Origin: an uncultured Selenomonas sp.
GTDB lineage: Bacteria; Bacillota; Negativicutes; Selenomonadales; Selenomonadaceae
Direction: 5' to 3'
Assembly: GCA_963515775.1 (NCBI GenBank)
Contig: CAUQAR010000001.1
Location: 1 to 43,091 of the forward strand
DNA: 43,091 nucleotides
Part shown: positions 11,534 through 20,104 of the stretch, piece after piece
How the letters are laid out: each line of letters starts with the position of its first letter
Numbering within the stretch: the stretch's first letter is position 1
Notes under the pieces: model-generated
Seen by the model: only the letters and a program-made list of their open reading frames with translations
Told to the model about the DNA's origin: nothing
Databases searched by the model: none
Made by a program: the position numbers and the translations under genes

Positions 11534-11566
11534 GCTGTTTGGAAATCGCATTGGAAAATTAGAAGC

Positions 11567-11612
11567 ATATGTAATGGGAATGATTTACATATAATCTTTA
11601 ATGTGTTACAAT
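11567..11612 (+). promoter_or_regulatory. TA promoter with overlapping candidate operator
   Basis: TTTACA (11584-11589)-N17-TACAAT (11607-11612) with TG extension. Inverted repeat ATATGTAA (11567-11574)/TTACATAT (11585-11592) overlaps the -35 and resembles the TGTAA/TTACA half-sites of RelB-type operators. Confidence 0.6.
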
Positions 11613-11637
11613 GAATAGGGTAGGAAGGAGCGGTCTT

Positions 11638-11889
11638 ATGGCACAGATTAGCCTCAGAATCGACGATGAAGTCAAAAAGGATGCAGAGCGGGTTTGTGCG
11701 GATATCGGCATGTCCATGTCGACGGCGATTAACATTTACCTAAAGAAAGTCGGAAGAGAGCGACGGATTCCTTTTGAGCTTGCCGCAGATCCCTTTTATT
11801 CGCCCGAGAATACGGCAGTGCTCGACCGCAGGATCTCCGATATGCGTGCCGGAAGAAACACCTCCGAACACGAACTGATTGAGGTGTAG
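11638..11889 (+). CDS. Type II antitoxin, RelB/DinJ family (ribbon-helix-helix)
   Basis: MAQISLRIDDEVKKDAERVCADIGMSMSTAINIYLKK...RRIPFEL; AAGGAG SD before ATG 11638. Confidence 0.9.
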   Translation: MAQISLRIDDEVKKDAERVCADIGMSMSTAINIYLKKVGRERRIPFELAADPFYSPENTAVLDRRISDMRAGRNTSEHELIEV

Positions 11890-11891
11890 GC

Positions 11892-12155
11892 GTGCGGAAG
11901 ATATGGCATGACGAGGCATGGCTGGAATATATTGATTGGCAAACGAAGGACAAGAAAATCCTCAAAAAGATCAATAATCTTCTCAAGGACATCGACAGGA
12001 ACGGATATCGATGCATCGGTAAGCTTGAACCTCTGCGCGGGAATTGGACGGGGTTTTACAGCGTTCGGATTGATGAAAAGAACCGGCTCGTTTTTCGGAT
12101 TGCAGAGCATGTCGTGGAAATTGCACAATGCGGTTCCCATTATGGCGACAAGTAA
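11892..12155 (+). CDS. Type II toxin, Txe/YoeB family mRNA interferase
   Basis: WHDEAWLEYIDWQ, GKLEPLRG, YSVRIDEKNRLVF, C-terminal GSHY; the Glu/Arg/His-Tyr catalytic positions appear retained. Confidence 0.92.
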   Translation: MRKIWHDEAWLEYIDWQTKDKKILKKINNLLKDIDRNGYRCIGKLEPLRGNWTGFYSVRIDEKNRLVFRIAEHVVEIAQCGSHYGDK

Positions 12156-12177
12156 ATAAAAATCGGTGATATTCACC

Positions 12178-12224
12178 GATCCTATAAAACCCTCGCACTC
12201 ATTGTCGTGTGCGAGGGTTTTTAT
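12178..12224. repeat. Hairpin repeat A2 (TA terminator; right boundary of TA cassette)
   Basis: GATCCTATAAAACCCTCGCAC-TCATTGTCGT-GTGCGAGGGTTTTTAT, a direct copy of 11487-11533 with a different loop. Confidence 0.9.
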
Positions 12225-12265
12225 CTTCAGAGATGTTGCCGCCCTGTCATGATGCAGGAGAGATG

Positions 12266-12294
12266 TTGCAAATCCTGCATTGCAGCTGTAAAAT
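12266..12294 (+). promoter_or_regulatory. Candidate sigma-A promoter of galE
   Basis: TTGCAA (12266-12271)-N17-TAAAAT (12289-12294). Confidence 0.5.
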
Positions 12295-12320
12295 AGAATC
12301 GAAAGGAGAGAACGGAACAC

Positions 12321-13310
12321 ATGGCTATACTCGTTTGCGGCGGTGCGGGCTACATTGGCTCGCATGCCGTACATCAACTGATCGCAAAGGGTGAAGAGGT
12401 TGTCATTGTTGATAATCTCCAGACGGGACACCGAAGTGCGGTGCATCAGCGGGCAACCTTCTATGAGGGAGATATCCGCGATGCGGCGCTGCTTGACCGT
12501 ATCTTCACGGAGCAGAACGTCGAGGCGGTCATTCACTTTGCAGCGAACTCTCTCGTTGGGGAGAGTATGGAGAAACCGCTGCTCTACTTCAACAACAATG
12601 TCTACGGGATGCAGGTGCTGCTCGAGGCGATGGTGCGGCACGACGTCGATAAGATTGTCTTTTCCTCGACGGCGGCAGTCTACGGCGAGCCAAAGCGCGT
12701 GCCGATCCGCGAGGACGACGGGACGAATCCAACGAATGCCTACGGTGAGACGAAGCTCATGATGGAGAAGATGATGAAGTGGGTGCGCCGCGCAAACGGC
12801 GTGCGCTATGTCTCGCTGCGCTATTTCAATGCGGCAGGGGCGCTGCCGGACGGTTCGATCGGCGAGGACCATCGAACGGAGACGCATCTCATTCCGCTCA
12901 TCCTGCAAGTGCCGCTTGGTAAACGTGCTGCGATCACGATCTACGGGGACGATTATCCGACGCCGGACGGCACCTGTCTGCGCGACTACATTCATGTCGT
13001 CGATCTTGCGGACGCCCATATGTGCGCGCTCGATTATCTGCGGCGCGGCGGGGAGAGCGACATCTTCAACCTTGGGAGCGGCAGCGGATTCTCGGTACGG
13101 GAGATGATCGCCGCCGCAGAGCGGGCGACGGGCAGGGAGATCGCGGCAAAGATCGGCGCGCGCCGTCCGGGCGATCCGGCGCAGCTCGTCGCCTCGAGCG
13201 AAAAGGCGCGTACGGTGCTCGGCTGGAACCCGCAGTTTACGGATGTGGCGGAGATCATCGGCACGGCGTGGCACTGGCACGCATCGCATCCGCACGGATA
13301 CGAGGATTGA
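12321..13310 (+). CDS. galE: UDP-glucose 4-epimerase
   Basis: [34 protein letters not shown] (YxxxK), [20 protein letters not shown]. Confidence 0.96.
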   Translation: MAILVCGGAGYIGSHAVHQLIAKGEEVVIVDNLQTGHRSAVHQRATFYEGDIRDAALLDRIFTEQNVEAVIHFAANSLVGESMEKPLLYFNNNVYGMQVLLEAMVRHDVDKIVFSSTAAVYGEPKRVPIREDDGTNPTNAYGETKLMMEKMMKWVRRANGVRYVSLRYFNAAGALPDGSIGEDHRTETHLIPLILQVPLGKRAAITIYGDDYPTPDGTCLRDYIHVVDLADAHMCALDYLRRGGESDIFNLGSGSGFSVREMIAAAERATGREIAAKIGARRPGDPAQLVASSEKARTVLGWNPQFTDVAEIIGTAWHWHASHPHGYED

Positions 13311-13391
13311 ACGATATGTTTACGCAGAAACCGGATCTGCGTGGTCTCATAAGGACGCGGGATTGACCGCCGCATTGAAAGGAGCATTTCT

Positions 13392-14099
13392 ATGAGTACA
13401 CCGCATATTGCCGCCGCGCCGGGGGAGATCGCCGAGTGCATTCTGCTGCCGGGCGATCCGCTGCGCGCGAAATTCATCGCAGAGCATTTCCTTGAGGGGG
13501 CGGTAGAGTACACCTCCATCCGCAACATCCTCGGTTATACGGGAACGTACCACGGCGTGCGCGTCTCCGTGCAGGGGACGGGCATGGGGATGCCGTCGAT
13601 CTCCATTTACGTCAACGAGTTGATGGAACACTACGGCGTGCAGAAGCTCATCCGCGTCGGCACCTGCGGCGGCATGCACGAGAAGGTGAAGCTGCGCGAT
13701 GTGCTCATCGCGCAGGGGGCGACGACGGATTCGTCGATGATCCGCAACATCTTTGGCGGGAGCATCAACTACGCGCCGCTTGCGGACTACGATCTACTCT
13801 CTGTCGCTGTGGAGAACGCGAAGAAGATGAACCTCCCCGTGCGCGTCGGCAATGTGATCTCCGTCGATCGCTTCTACGACGAGGAGATCGACAATGAGAA
13901 GCTGCGCAAATACGGCGTGCTTGCCGTTGAGATGGAGGCGGCGGCGCTCTATACGCTTGCGGCGAAGTTTGGCCGTCGGGCGCTCGCACTCTTTACCGTC
14001 AGCGATCATCTCGTGACGGGCGAGCGCTGCTCGGCCGAAGAGCGGCAGACGACCTTCGAGGACATGATCAAGATCGCGCTCGAGACGGCTGTCGCTTGA
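13392..14099 (+). CDS. deoD: Purine nucleoside phosphorylase (DeoD type)
   Basis: [53 protein letters not shown]. Confidence 0.96.
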   Translation: MSTPHIAAAPGEIAECILLPGDPLRAKFIAEHFLEGAVEYTSIRNILGYTGTYHGVRVSVQGTGMGMPSISIYVNELMEHYGVQKLIRVGTCGGMHEKVKLRDVLIAQGATTDSSMIRNIFGGSINYAPLADYDLLSVAVENAKKMNLPVRVGNVISVDRFYDEEIDNEKLRKYGVLAVEMEAAALYTLAAKFGRRALALFTVSDHLVTGERCSAEERQTTFEDMIKIALETAVA

Positions 14100-14141
14100 C
14101 CTGTCCATCGTGTCGGAGAGCAAATCAATTCATGCGCGATC

Positions 14142-14171
14142 AACGGATGTCTCCCGCAGGCATCCGTTTTT
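14142..14171 (+). terminator. Intrinsic terminator after deoD
   Basis: AACGGATGTCT / AGGCATCCGTT stem followed by TTT. Confidence 0.65.
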
Positions 14172-14232
14172 GATTGGGAGACAAGACATTTCTTTGCGGC
14201 CCGTCGGATTGGTTCTTTCCCTTGGATAGGCA

Positions 14233-14261
14233 TTGCATATTTAATTAAATTCCGATAAAAT
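14233..14261 (+). promoter_or_regulatory. Candidate sigma-A promoter of purL
   Basis: TTGCAT (14233-14238)-N17-TAAAAT (14256-14261). Confidence 0.55.
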
Positions 14262-14300
14262 AGAGGGTGAGAAACAGCGTCACAGAAGAGGAGGATTCCT

Positions 14301-17300
14301 ATGGCTGTCAAACGAATCTTTGTGGAAAAGCGGCAGGGATTTTTTGATATTCCGGCGCAGCGGCTCTGTGCCGATCTGGTGGAGACCTTTCGTCTGACCG
14401 GTCTGCGCGCCGTGCGCATCATTACGCGGTATGATGTGGAAGGGCTCGGCGACGAGGAATTTGCGCAGGTGCGCAATATCGTCTTTGCCGACCCGCCTGT
14501 CGATACGGTCTACGAAGATGCGCTGCCAATGTTCTCCGATGCGCGCATGTTTGCGATTGAGCCGCTGCCGGGACAGTTTGACCCGACGGCGGCCGCAGCC
14601 GCCGAATGCGTTCAGCTGGTGACGCAGGGGGAGCGGCCGGCAGTGCGCACAGCGCGTGTGATCGTTCTCGTCGGTGCAGTGGATGACGCGACCTATGCGC
14701 GGATCAAGTCGTATCTCATCAACACGGTCGAAAGCCGCGAGGCCTCCCTCGGCATGCCCGCGACCCTCGATGAACATGTGATTATGCCGCCGGATGTTGA
14801 GACACTCAAGGACTTCAACCGGCTCTCGCATGTCGCGCTTCAGCTCTTTCACGCGGAGCGCGGCTTTGCGATGAGCGAGGCGGATCTCGAATTCGTCCAG
14901 CAGTATTTCCGCGATACGGAACGCCGCGTGCCGACCATCACGGAACTGCGCGTCATTGACACCTACTGGTCGGATCACTGCCGGCATACGACATTTACGA
15001 CGGCAATCGACGCGGTAAACATCGAGAGCGGATTCTACGCGCTGCCGATCATCGAATCCTATCAGCGTTACAACGACGACCGCAAAGCGCTCTATACCGA
15101 TGGGAAAAAACATGAATCCACACTCATGGACCTTGCGGTCATCGGCATGAAGGCGCTGCGTGCAGAAGGAAAGCTCGACGATCTCGACGCATCGGAGGAG
15201 ATCAACGCATGCAGCATCCGTATTACGGTGGATGTGGACGGCAAGGATGAGGATTGGCTCCTCATGTTCAAGAACGAGACACACAACCATCCGACGGAGA
15301 TCGAGCCGTTCGGCGGCGCTGCAACCTGTCTCGGCGGGGCGATTCGCGACCCGCTCTCGGGGCGTTCCTACGTCTATCAGGCCATGCGTGTGACGGGGGC
15401 GTCCGATCCGCGCGTCCCCATTGAGGAGACACTGCCGGGCAAGCTGCCGCAGAAAAAGATTACCCTTGGCGCGGCCGAGGGATACAGCTCCTATGGTAAT
15501 CAGATTGGCCTTGCAACGGGGCAGGTGCGTGAAATTTACCACAAGGGGTATCTTGCCAAACGTATGGAGATCGGCGCTGTGATCGCCGCTGCACCCGCGG
15601 CGCAGGTCGTGCGCAGGCGTCCCGCACCGGGCGACGTCGTCGTCCTGCTTGGCGGCCGCACGGGACGCGACGGCATCGGCGGCGCGACGGGGTCCTCCAA
15701 GCAGCACACCGAAACCTCGCTCACGACCTCCGGCGCGGAGGTGCAGAAGGGAAACGCACCGACGGAGCGCAAGATCCAGCGCCTCTTCCGAAATCCGGAG
15801 GTCAGCCGCATGATCAAGCGCTGCAACGACTTCGGCGCGGGCGGTGTCGCCGTTGCGATCGGAGAGCTTGCGGACGGCTTAACGGTTGATCTCGACGCCG
15901 TCCCGAAGAAATACGAGGGCCTCGACGGCACGGAGCTTGCCATCTCCGAGTCCCAAGAGCGCATGGCCGTTGTACTTGCCCCGGCAGATGTCGAGACGTT
16001 TCTGCGTTGTGCGGATGCTGAAAACCTGGAGGCCACGCGCGTCGCTGTGGTGACGGCGGAGCCGCGCCTCGTGATGAAATGGCACGGCAAGCCGATCGTA
16101 CAGATTGCGCGCAGCTTCCTTGCGACGAACGGCGTACGCGCGCGCGTGCGCGTGACCGTCACGCCGCCGAACGAAAAAAATCCCTACCTACAGCAACTCC
16201 CGCCGATGGTGCGGTGTGCGGGGCGCGATCTTGAGCAGGCGTGGCTGGCCAATCTGCGCGACCTCAACGTGTGCAGTCAAAAGGGGCTGGGGGAGCGCTT
16301 CGATGCGAGTATCGGTGCGGCATCCGTACTCATGCCGTTCGGCGGAAAATATCAGCTGACCCCGGCGGAGGCCATGGTGGCAAAGATCCCCGTGCGCAAG
16401 GGAGAGACGAATACGGCATCTGCCATGTCGTTCGGCTTTGACCCCGATCTTTCGGCATGGAGCCCCTTCCACGGCGCCGTCTACGCGATTGTCGAAGCGG
16501 CGGCAAAGATCGTTGCCGCAGGCGGAAATCCCGCGCGGATTCGCCTGACGCTCCAGGAATATTTCGAGCGGCTCGGCACCGATCCAAAGAAGTGGGGCAA
16601 ACCCTTTGCCGCCTTGCTCGGCGCCCTCTATGCGCAGCACGAGATGGGGATCCCCGCCGTCGGCGGCAAGGATTCGATGTCGGGGACATTCGAGGCGCTG
16701 AACGTGCCGCCGACGCTCGTCGCGTTTGCCGTCGCCCCCGTGCATGCGGATGAAGTCATTTCACCCGAGTTCAAGTATCCCGCGAACCGCGTCGTCATGA
16801 TCCCAGTGCCGCGCGACGCACAAGATCTCCCCGTATTCCCGCGGCTCAATACGAACTTTGCCAAAATCCATCAGCTCATCGCCTCGCAGAAGGCCTTCTC
16901 CGCGCAGAGCGTCGGCAGGGGGGGGATTGCGGCGGCGCTCTCGAAGATGTGCCTCGGCAACAATCTCGGCTTTAAGTTCAAGAACTTCATCCCGCAGGAC
17001 GATCTCTTCAAACCGCTCTACGGCACGATGCTGCTCGAGGTTGCGTCCTCGCTCGACATTGCGGCGGAACTCGCGGGTACGGGAGCTGTCGAGCTCGGCG
17101 AGACGCGCGACGTGCCGAGCATCATCACCGATCTCGACACCATAGTGCTCTCCGATATCAAGGAGGCGTACACGGAACCCCTCGAAAAGATTTTCCCGAC
17201 CACCATCACGCAGACCGTGCGCCAGATCGACCGTCCGACCTATGCTCCGTATACGCAGGGTAAGCTGGTCGGGAGTTCCGTGAAGATCGCACGCCCACGC

Positions 17301-18092
17301 GTCTGCATCCCCGTATTCCCGGGGACGAACTGCGAATACGACTCCGCACGCGCATGGAAGCGCGTCGGCGCCGTGCCGGAGATCCTCGTCGTCCGCAATC
17401 TCACACCGCAGGCCGTTGAGGAGAGTGTGCACGCGATTGCAGCGGCGATTCGGAAATCGCAGATCCTCATGCTGCCGGGCGGGTTCAGCGGCGGCGACGA
17501 GCCCGGCGGCTCGGGCAAATTCATCGCGGCCATGTTCCGGGCACCCGAGATCGCGGAGGCCGTGCAGCGGCTCCTGCGCGATCAGGACGGACTCATCCTC
17601 GGCATCTGCAACGGCTTCCAAGCGCTCCTCAAGCTCGGCCTGCTGCCGCACGGCAGGATCACCGATCTCGACGTCAATGCGCCGACGCTGACCTATAACA
17701 ACATCGGGCGGCATGTATCGCAGACCGTACGCGTGCGCGTCGCGTCGAACCTCTCCCCGTGGCTCGCGAATGTGCGCGTCGGCGACACGCATACGATCGC
17801 CGTTTCGCACGGCGAGGGACGGTTCTATACCGATGCCAAGACCGTCGCGAACCTCCGCATCCGCGGGCAGATCGCGACGCAGTACGTCAACGATAAGGGC
17901 GAACCGACCATCGAGCAGCCGTACAACCCGAACGGCTCCGTCAACGCGATCGAGGGCATCACCAGCCCCGACGGGCGCATCTACGGACGCATGGCCCACG
18001 CGGAGCGCATCGGAGAGAACATCAGCAAGAATGTCCCCGGCGACATGAACCAGCAGATCTTCGCGTCCGGCGCCGCATACTTTATGCGGTAG
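14301..18092 (+). CDS. purL: Phosphoribosylformylglycinamidine synthase, large single-chain form with C-terminal glutaminase
   Basis: TYWSDHCRH, KNETHNHPTEIEPFGGAAT, DFGAGG, SESQERM, GGKDSMSG, FPGTNCE, GICNGFQ, SHGEG, HAER; GAGGAGG SD. Confidence 0.96.
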   Translation: MAVKRIFVEKRQGFFDIPAQRLCADLVETFRLTGLRAVRIITRYDVEGLGDEEFAQVRNIVFADPPVDTVYEDALPMFSDARMFAIEPLPGQFDPTAAAAAECVQLVTQGERPAVRTARVIVLVGAVDDATYARIKSYLINTVESREASLGMPATLDEHVIMPPDVETLKDFNRLSHVALQLFHAERGFAMSEADLEFVQQYFRDTERRVPTITELRVIDTYWSDHCRHTTFTTAIDAVNIESGFYALPIIESYQRYNDDRKALYTDGKKHESTLMDLAVIGMKALRAEGKLDDLDASEEINACSIRITVDVDGKDEDWLLMFKNETHNHPTEIEPFGGAATCLGGAIRDPLSGRSYVYQAMRVTGASDPRVPIEETLPGKLPQKKITLGAAEGYSSYGNQIGLATGQVREIYHKGYLAKRMEIGAVIAAAPAAQVVRRRPAPGDVVVLLGGRTGRDGIGGATGSSKQHTETSLTTSGAEVQKGNAPTERKIQRLFRNPEVSRMIKRCNDFGAGGVAVAIGELADGLTVDLDAVPKKYEGLDGTELAISESQERMAVVLAPADVETFLRCADAENLEATRVAVVTAEPRLVMKWHGKPIVQIARSFLATNGVRARVRVTVTPPNEKNPYLQQLPPMVRCAGRDLEQAWLANLRDLNVCSQKGLGERFDASIGAASVLMPFGGKYQLTPAEAMVAKIPVRKGETNTASAMSFGFDPDLSAWSPFHGAVYAIVEAAAKIVAAGGNPARIRLTLQEYFERLGTDPKKWGKPFAALLGALYAQHEMGIPAVGGKDSMSGTFEALNVPPTLVAFAVAPVHADEVISPEFKYPANRVVMIPVPRDAQDLPVFPRLNTNFAKIHQLIASQKAFSAQSVGRGGIAAALSKMCLGNNLGFKFKNFIPQDDLFKPLYGTMLLEVASSLDIAAELAGTGAVELGETRDVPSIITDLDTIVLSDIKEAYTEPLEKIFPTTITQTVRQIDRPTYAPYTQGKLVGSSVKIARPRVCIPVFPGTNCEYDSARAWKRVGAVPEILVVRNLTPQAVEESVHAIAAAIRKSQILMLPGGFSGGDEPGGSGKFIAAMFRAPEIAEAVQRLLRDQDGLILGICNGFQALLKLGLLPHGRITDLDVNAPTLTYNNIGRHVSQTVRVRVASNLSPWLANVRVGDTHTIAVSHGEGRFYTDAKTVANLRIRGQIATQYVNDKGEPTIEQPYNPNGSVNAIEGITSPDGRIYGRMAHAERIGENISKNVPGDMNQQIFASGAAYFMR

Positions 18093-18111
18093 CATGGCCG
18101 CTCCACAATGT

Positions 18112-18152
18112 AAAAAAGGCTTTTCCGAGGACATCGGGAGAGCCTTTTTGCA
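18112..18152 (+). terminator. purL terminator (hairpin B0)
   Basis: AAAAAGGCTTTTCCGA-GGACA-TCGGGAGAGCCTTTTTGCA; the 3' arm resembles B1 and B2. Confidence 0.75.
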
Positions 18153-18188
18153 CAATGACGATAGAGAAATTTTGACGTTGACAATTTG

Positions 18189-18197
18189 TGCTATAAT
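18189..18197 (+). promoter_or_regulatory. Extended -10 promoter upstream of the second TA pair
   Basis: TGcTATAAT; the nearby TTGACG and TTGACA hexamers are not at canonical spacing. Confidence 0.45.
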
Positions 18198-18241
18198 TAA
18201 GGGAGGAAAGGTGTTGCTTTGCGGTAAATGGAGGCTGTCTC

Positions 18242-18607
18242 TTGCACGAAATATATTTTTACAAGGACAGAAACGGAGATAGACCGGTTTACGACTATAT
18301 TTTAGAGCTTGCCGGCAGGAAAGATAAGGACAGCCGTATTAAATTCAACAAAATACAAGATTATATTAAGGCGTTAAAAGCGTATGGACTGAAGCTGAGA
18401 GAACCGTATATCAAGCACTTGGACGGTGAAATTTGGGAGCTTAGACCACGCAGAGATAGAATCCTTTTCGTGGCGTGGTATAACGGAAGTTTTGTTTTGC
18501 TCCATCCATTCGTGAAGAAAACACAAAAGACACCGGAAAGGGAGATAGAAAAAGCGAGGAGAGAGCTTGCAGACTTGATAGAAAGAGGTGTTGATAATGA
18601 ATCATAG
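18242..18607 (+). CDS. Type II toxin, RelE/ParE superfamily (HigB / Gp49-like)
   Basis: EIYFYKDRNGDRPVYDYI, EPYIKHLDGEIWELRPRRDRILF, FVLLHPFVKKTQKTPEREIEKA; TTG start; visibly AT-richer than flanking genes. Confidence 0.9.
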   Translation: MHEIYFYKDRNGDRPVYDYILELAGRKDKDSRIKFNKIQDYIKALKAYGLKLREPYIKHLDGEIWELRPRRDRILFVAWYNGSFVLLHPFVKKTQKTPEREIEKARRELADLIERGVDNES

Positions 18608-18839
18608 TGCATTGGGCGGCACATGGGATGAACTGCAAAAAGTATTACTGGACAAAGGATACTTGACACCGGAAGAAATCGCTGCAAGCGATTCAAGAGT
18701 GGCTCGTATTGGAAAACAGATTAGAATTCGACAAGAAAGTGAGCCGGAGCACCATAAGCGGGAAGATAAAAACCGCCCTGAAAGCTTTAGAACGTTTGGG
18801 GGAAACCGTCCCGCCGTTCCATTGACTGCCTCGTCTTGA
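18597..18839 (+). pseudogene. Degenerate HigA-like (Xre-HTH) antitoxin, HTH deleted and frameshifted
   Basis: N-terminus MNHSALGGTWDEL...TPEEIAASDSRVA fits this antitoxin family. The HTH is missing; the family's C-terminal motif survives split across frames (KTALKALERLGET in a shifted frame, then AVPL). Confidence 0.7.
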
Positions 18840-18850
18840 CAGCATGTACG

Positions 18851-18875
18851 AACCGCCTGCGGGCGGTTTTTATTG
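18851..18875 (+). terminator. Intrinsic terminator after the second TA pair
   Basis: AACCGCC-TGCG-GGCGGTT followed by TTTATT. Confidence 0.7.
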
Positions 18876-19053
18876 TCTGCAAAGTGCGGCGAAAATCTCC
18901 ATTCAGATGTATTTATCTTGTTGTTGAATCATCAGCAGGAAGCTGGATATATCGAGGGAGAAGCCTTTTTCATTACCATGCACTGCGATTTGTTTTCGCC
19001 GTCTGTATCAGTGAAAAAATAACAGAGTTGTTCCATAGCCGGGAGGATTCCAT

Positions 19054-19569
19054 AGGCCCCTCGAACTCATACGAAATGACATTACCAAAATGAACGTCGA
19101 CGCGGTGGTCAACAGCGCCAACCCGCACCCCGTTGTCGGGGGCGGTGTGGACGGCGCCATCCACCGTGCGGCTGGACCGCAGCTCATTGCGGCGCGCAGA
19201 GAGATCGGAGATATTATGACAGGCGAGGCGTTCATCACGCCGGGATTTGGACTGCCCGCGCGATACGTCATCCATACGGTCGGCCCCGTCTGGCGGGACG
19301 GAACACACGGCGAGCCGGCGCTCCTACAGGCGGCGTATCTCAGCTCCCTGCGCCTGGCGCGGGCACATGACTGCGAGACGGTCGCGTTCCCACTCATCTC
19401 GGCCGGAATTTTCGGCTGTCCGGCAGAGATTGCCGTTGAGACGGCCGTGCACACGATCGGCGCATACATTCTGCGACATGAGATGACGGTCTATCTCGTG
19501 CTCTTTGACGGCACAGCATTCCGCATCGCGGAGCAGATATGCAAGGATGCGGCGCAGCGCGGCAGATGA
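19054..19569 (+). pseudogene. Macrodomain (ADP-ribose binding/hydrolase, YmdB/MacroD-like) gene with apparent start-codon mutation
   Basis: VDAVVNSAN, GGGVDGAIHRAAG, VIHTVGPVW, AFPLISAGIFG. The frame extends upstream as PLELIRNDITK to an AGG at 19054 that follows a GGGAGGA SD. Confidence 0.75.
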
Positions 19570-19620
19570 TACGCGCTCTCAGACCCTAATGATATCCTGA
19601 AGAACAATTCGCTCATACGA

Positions 19621-19665
19621 TAAAAGCTCTCCCGCACATACAAGCGCCGGGAGAGCTTTTTGCAT
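19621..19665. repeat. Hairpin repeat B1 (terminator-like)
   Basis: TAAAAGCTCTCCCGCACATACAAGCGCCGGGAGAGCTTTTTGCAT; 37/45 identical to 20802-20846. Confidence 0.85.
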
Positions 19666-20018
19666 CCATACATATTAATTGGCGGCAAGCGCGAGATATA
19701 CGGCGCAGGAAAGCGGTGTCCTCTCCCTAAGAGAGGCAGAAAAAATTATCAAACGCATAGGGGGAGCATACCGAAGTCCTCCTTCTTCCTGTGCGAGGAA
19801 GGGCGGCGTATCCCGCCACAAATGGAACGGAACAAGGCGTGCCGTTTTCTTTAAGATGAAAATAACGCTTCTCTCCGCCTTTTATAATGATCAATAATGA
19901 CAATAAATTTGTACGGCATACGGGCAAGAATACGAGACGGTATAAGCTAGCTACTTTGATGTAATGCAATAATATGAGGTAGGACGATTCTTTCTCTTTA
20001 CTAAAAGGAGAAACTGAG

Positions 20019-20060
20019 ATGGGCGGCAGCGAGAGCGGCAATTCCTACGGCGCCTGCTAG
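20019..20060 (+). CDS. Putative 13-aa mini-ORF (MGGSESGNSYGAC), possible peptide-gene remnant
   Basis: AAAGGAG SD at 20004-20010, 8 nt before ATG; no homology recognised. Confidence 0.3.
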   Translation: MGGSESGNSYGAC

Positions 20061-20104
20061 GAAGAAGCCTATTGCGGCGAACCAAACGAAGGGCGATAAA
20101 CGAC

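Noticed and set aside
11638..12155. RelB/DinJ antitoxin paired with a YoeB toxin as a novel combination
   Set aside because: This mixed pairing is already common in Firmicutes.
13311..13391. Purine riboswitch upstream of deoD
   Set aside because: Only a small hairpin; the purine aptamer consensus is absent.
19666..19900. Short ORFs 19660-19854 and 19679-19897
   Set aside because: No convincing SD or motif; may be degraded DNA but cannot be assigned.
19913..19946. ACGGCATACG / ACGGTATAAG direct repeat as a LytTR site for the peptide relic
   Set aside because: The 24-bp spacing and sequence fit the LytTR consensus poorly.
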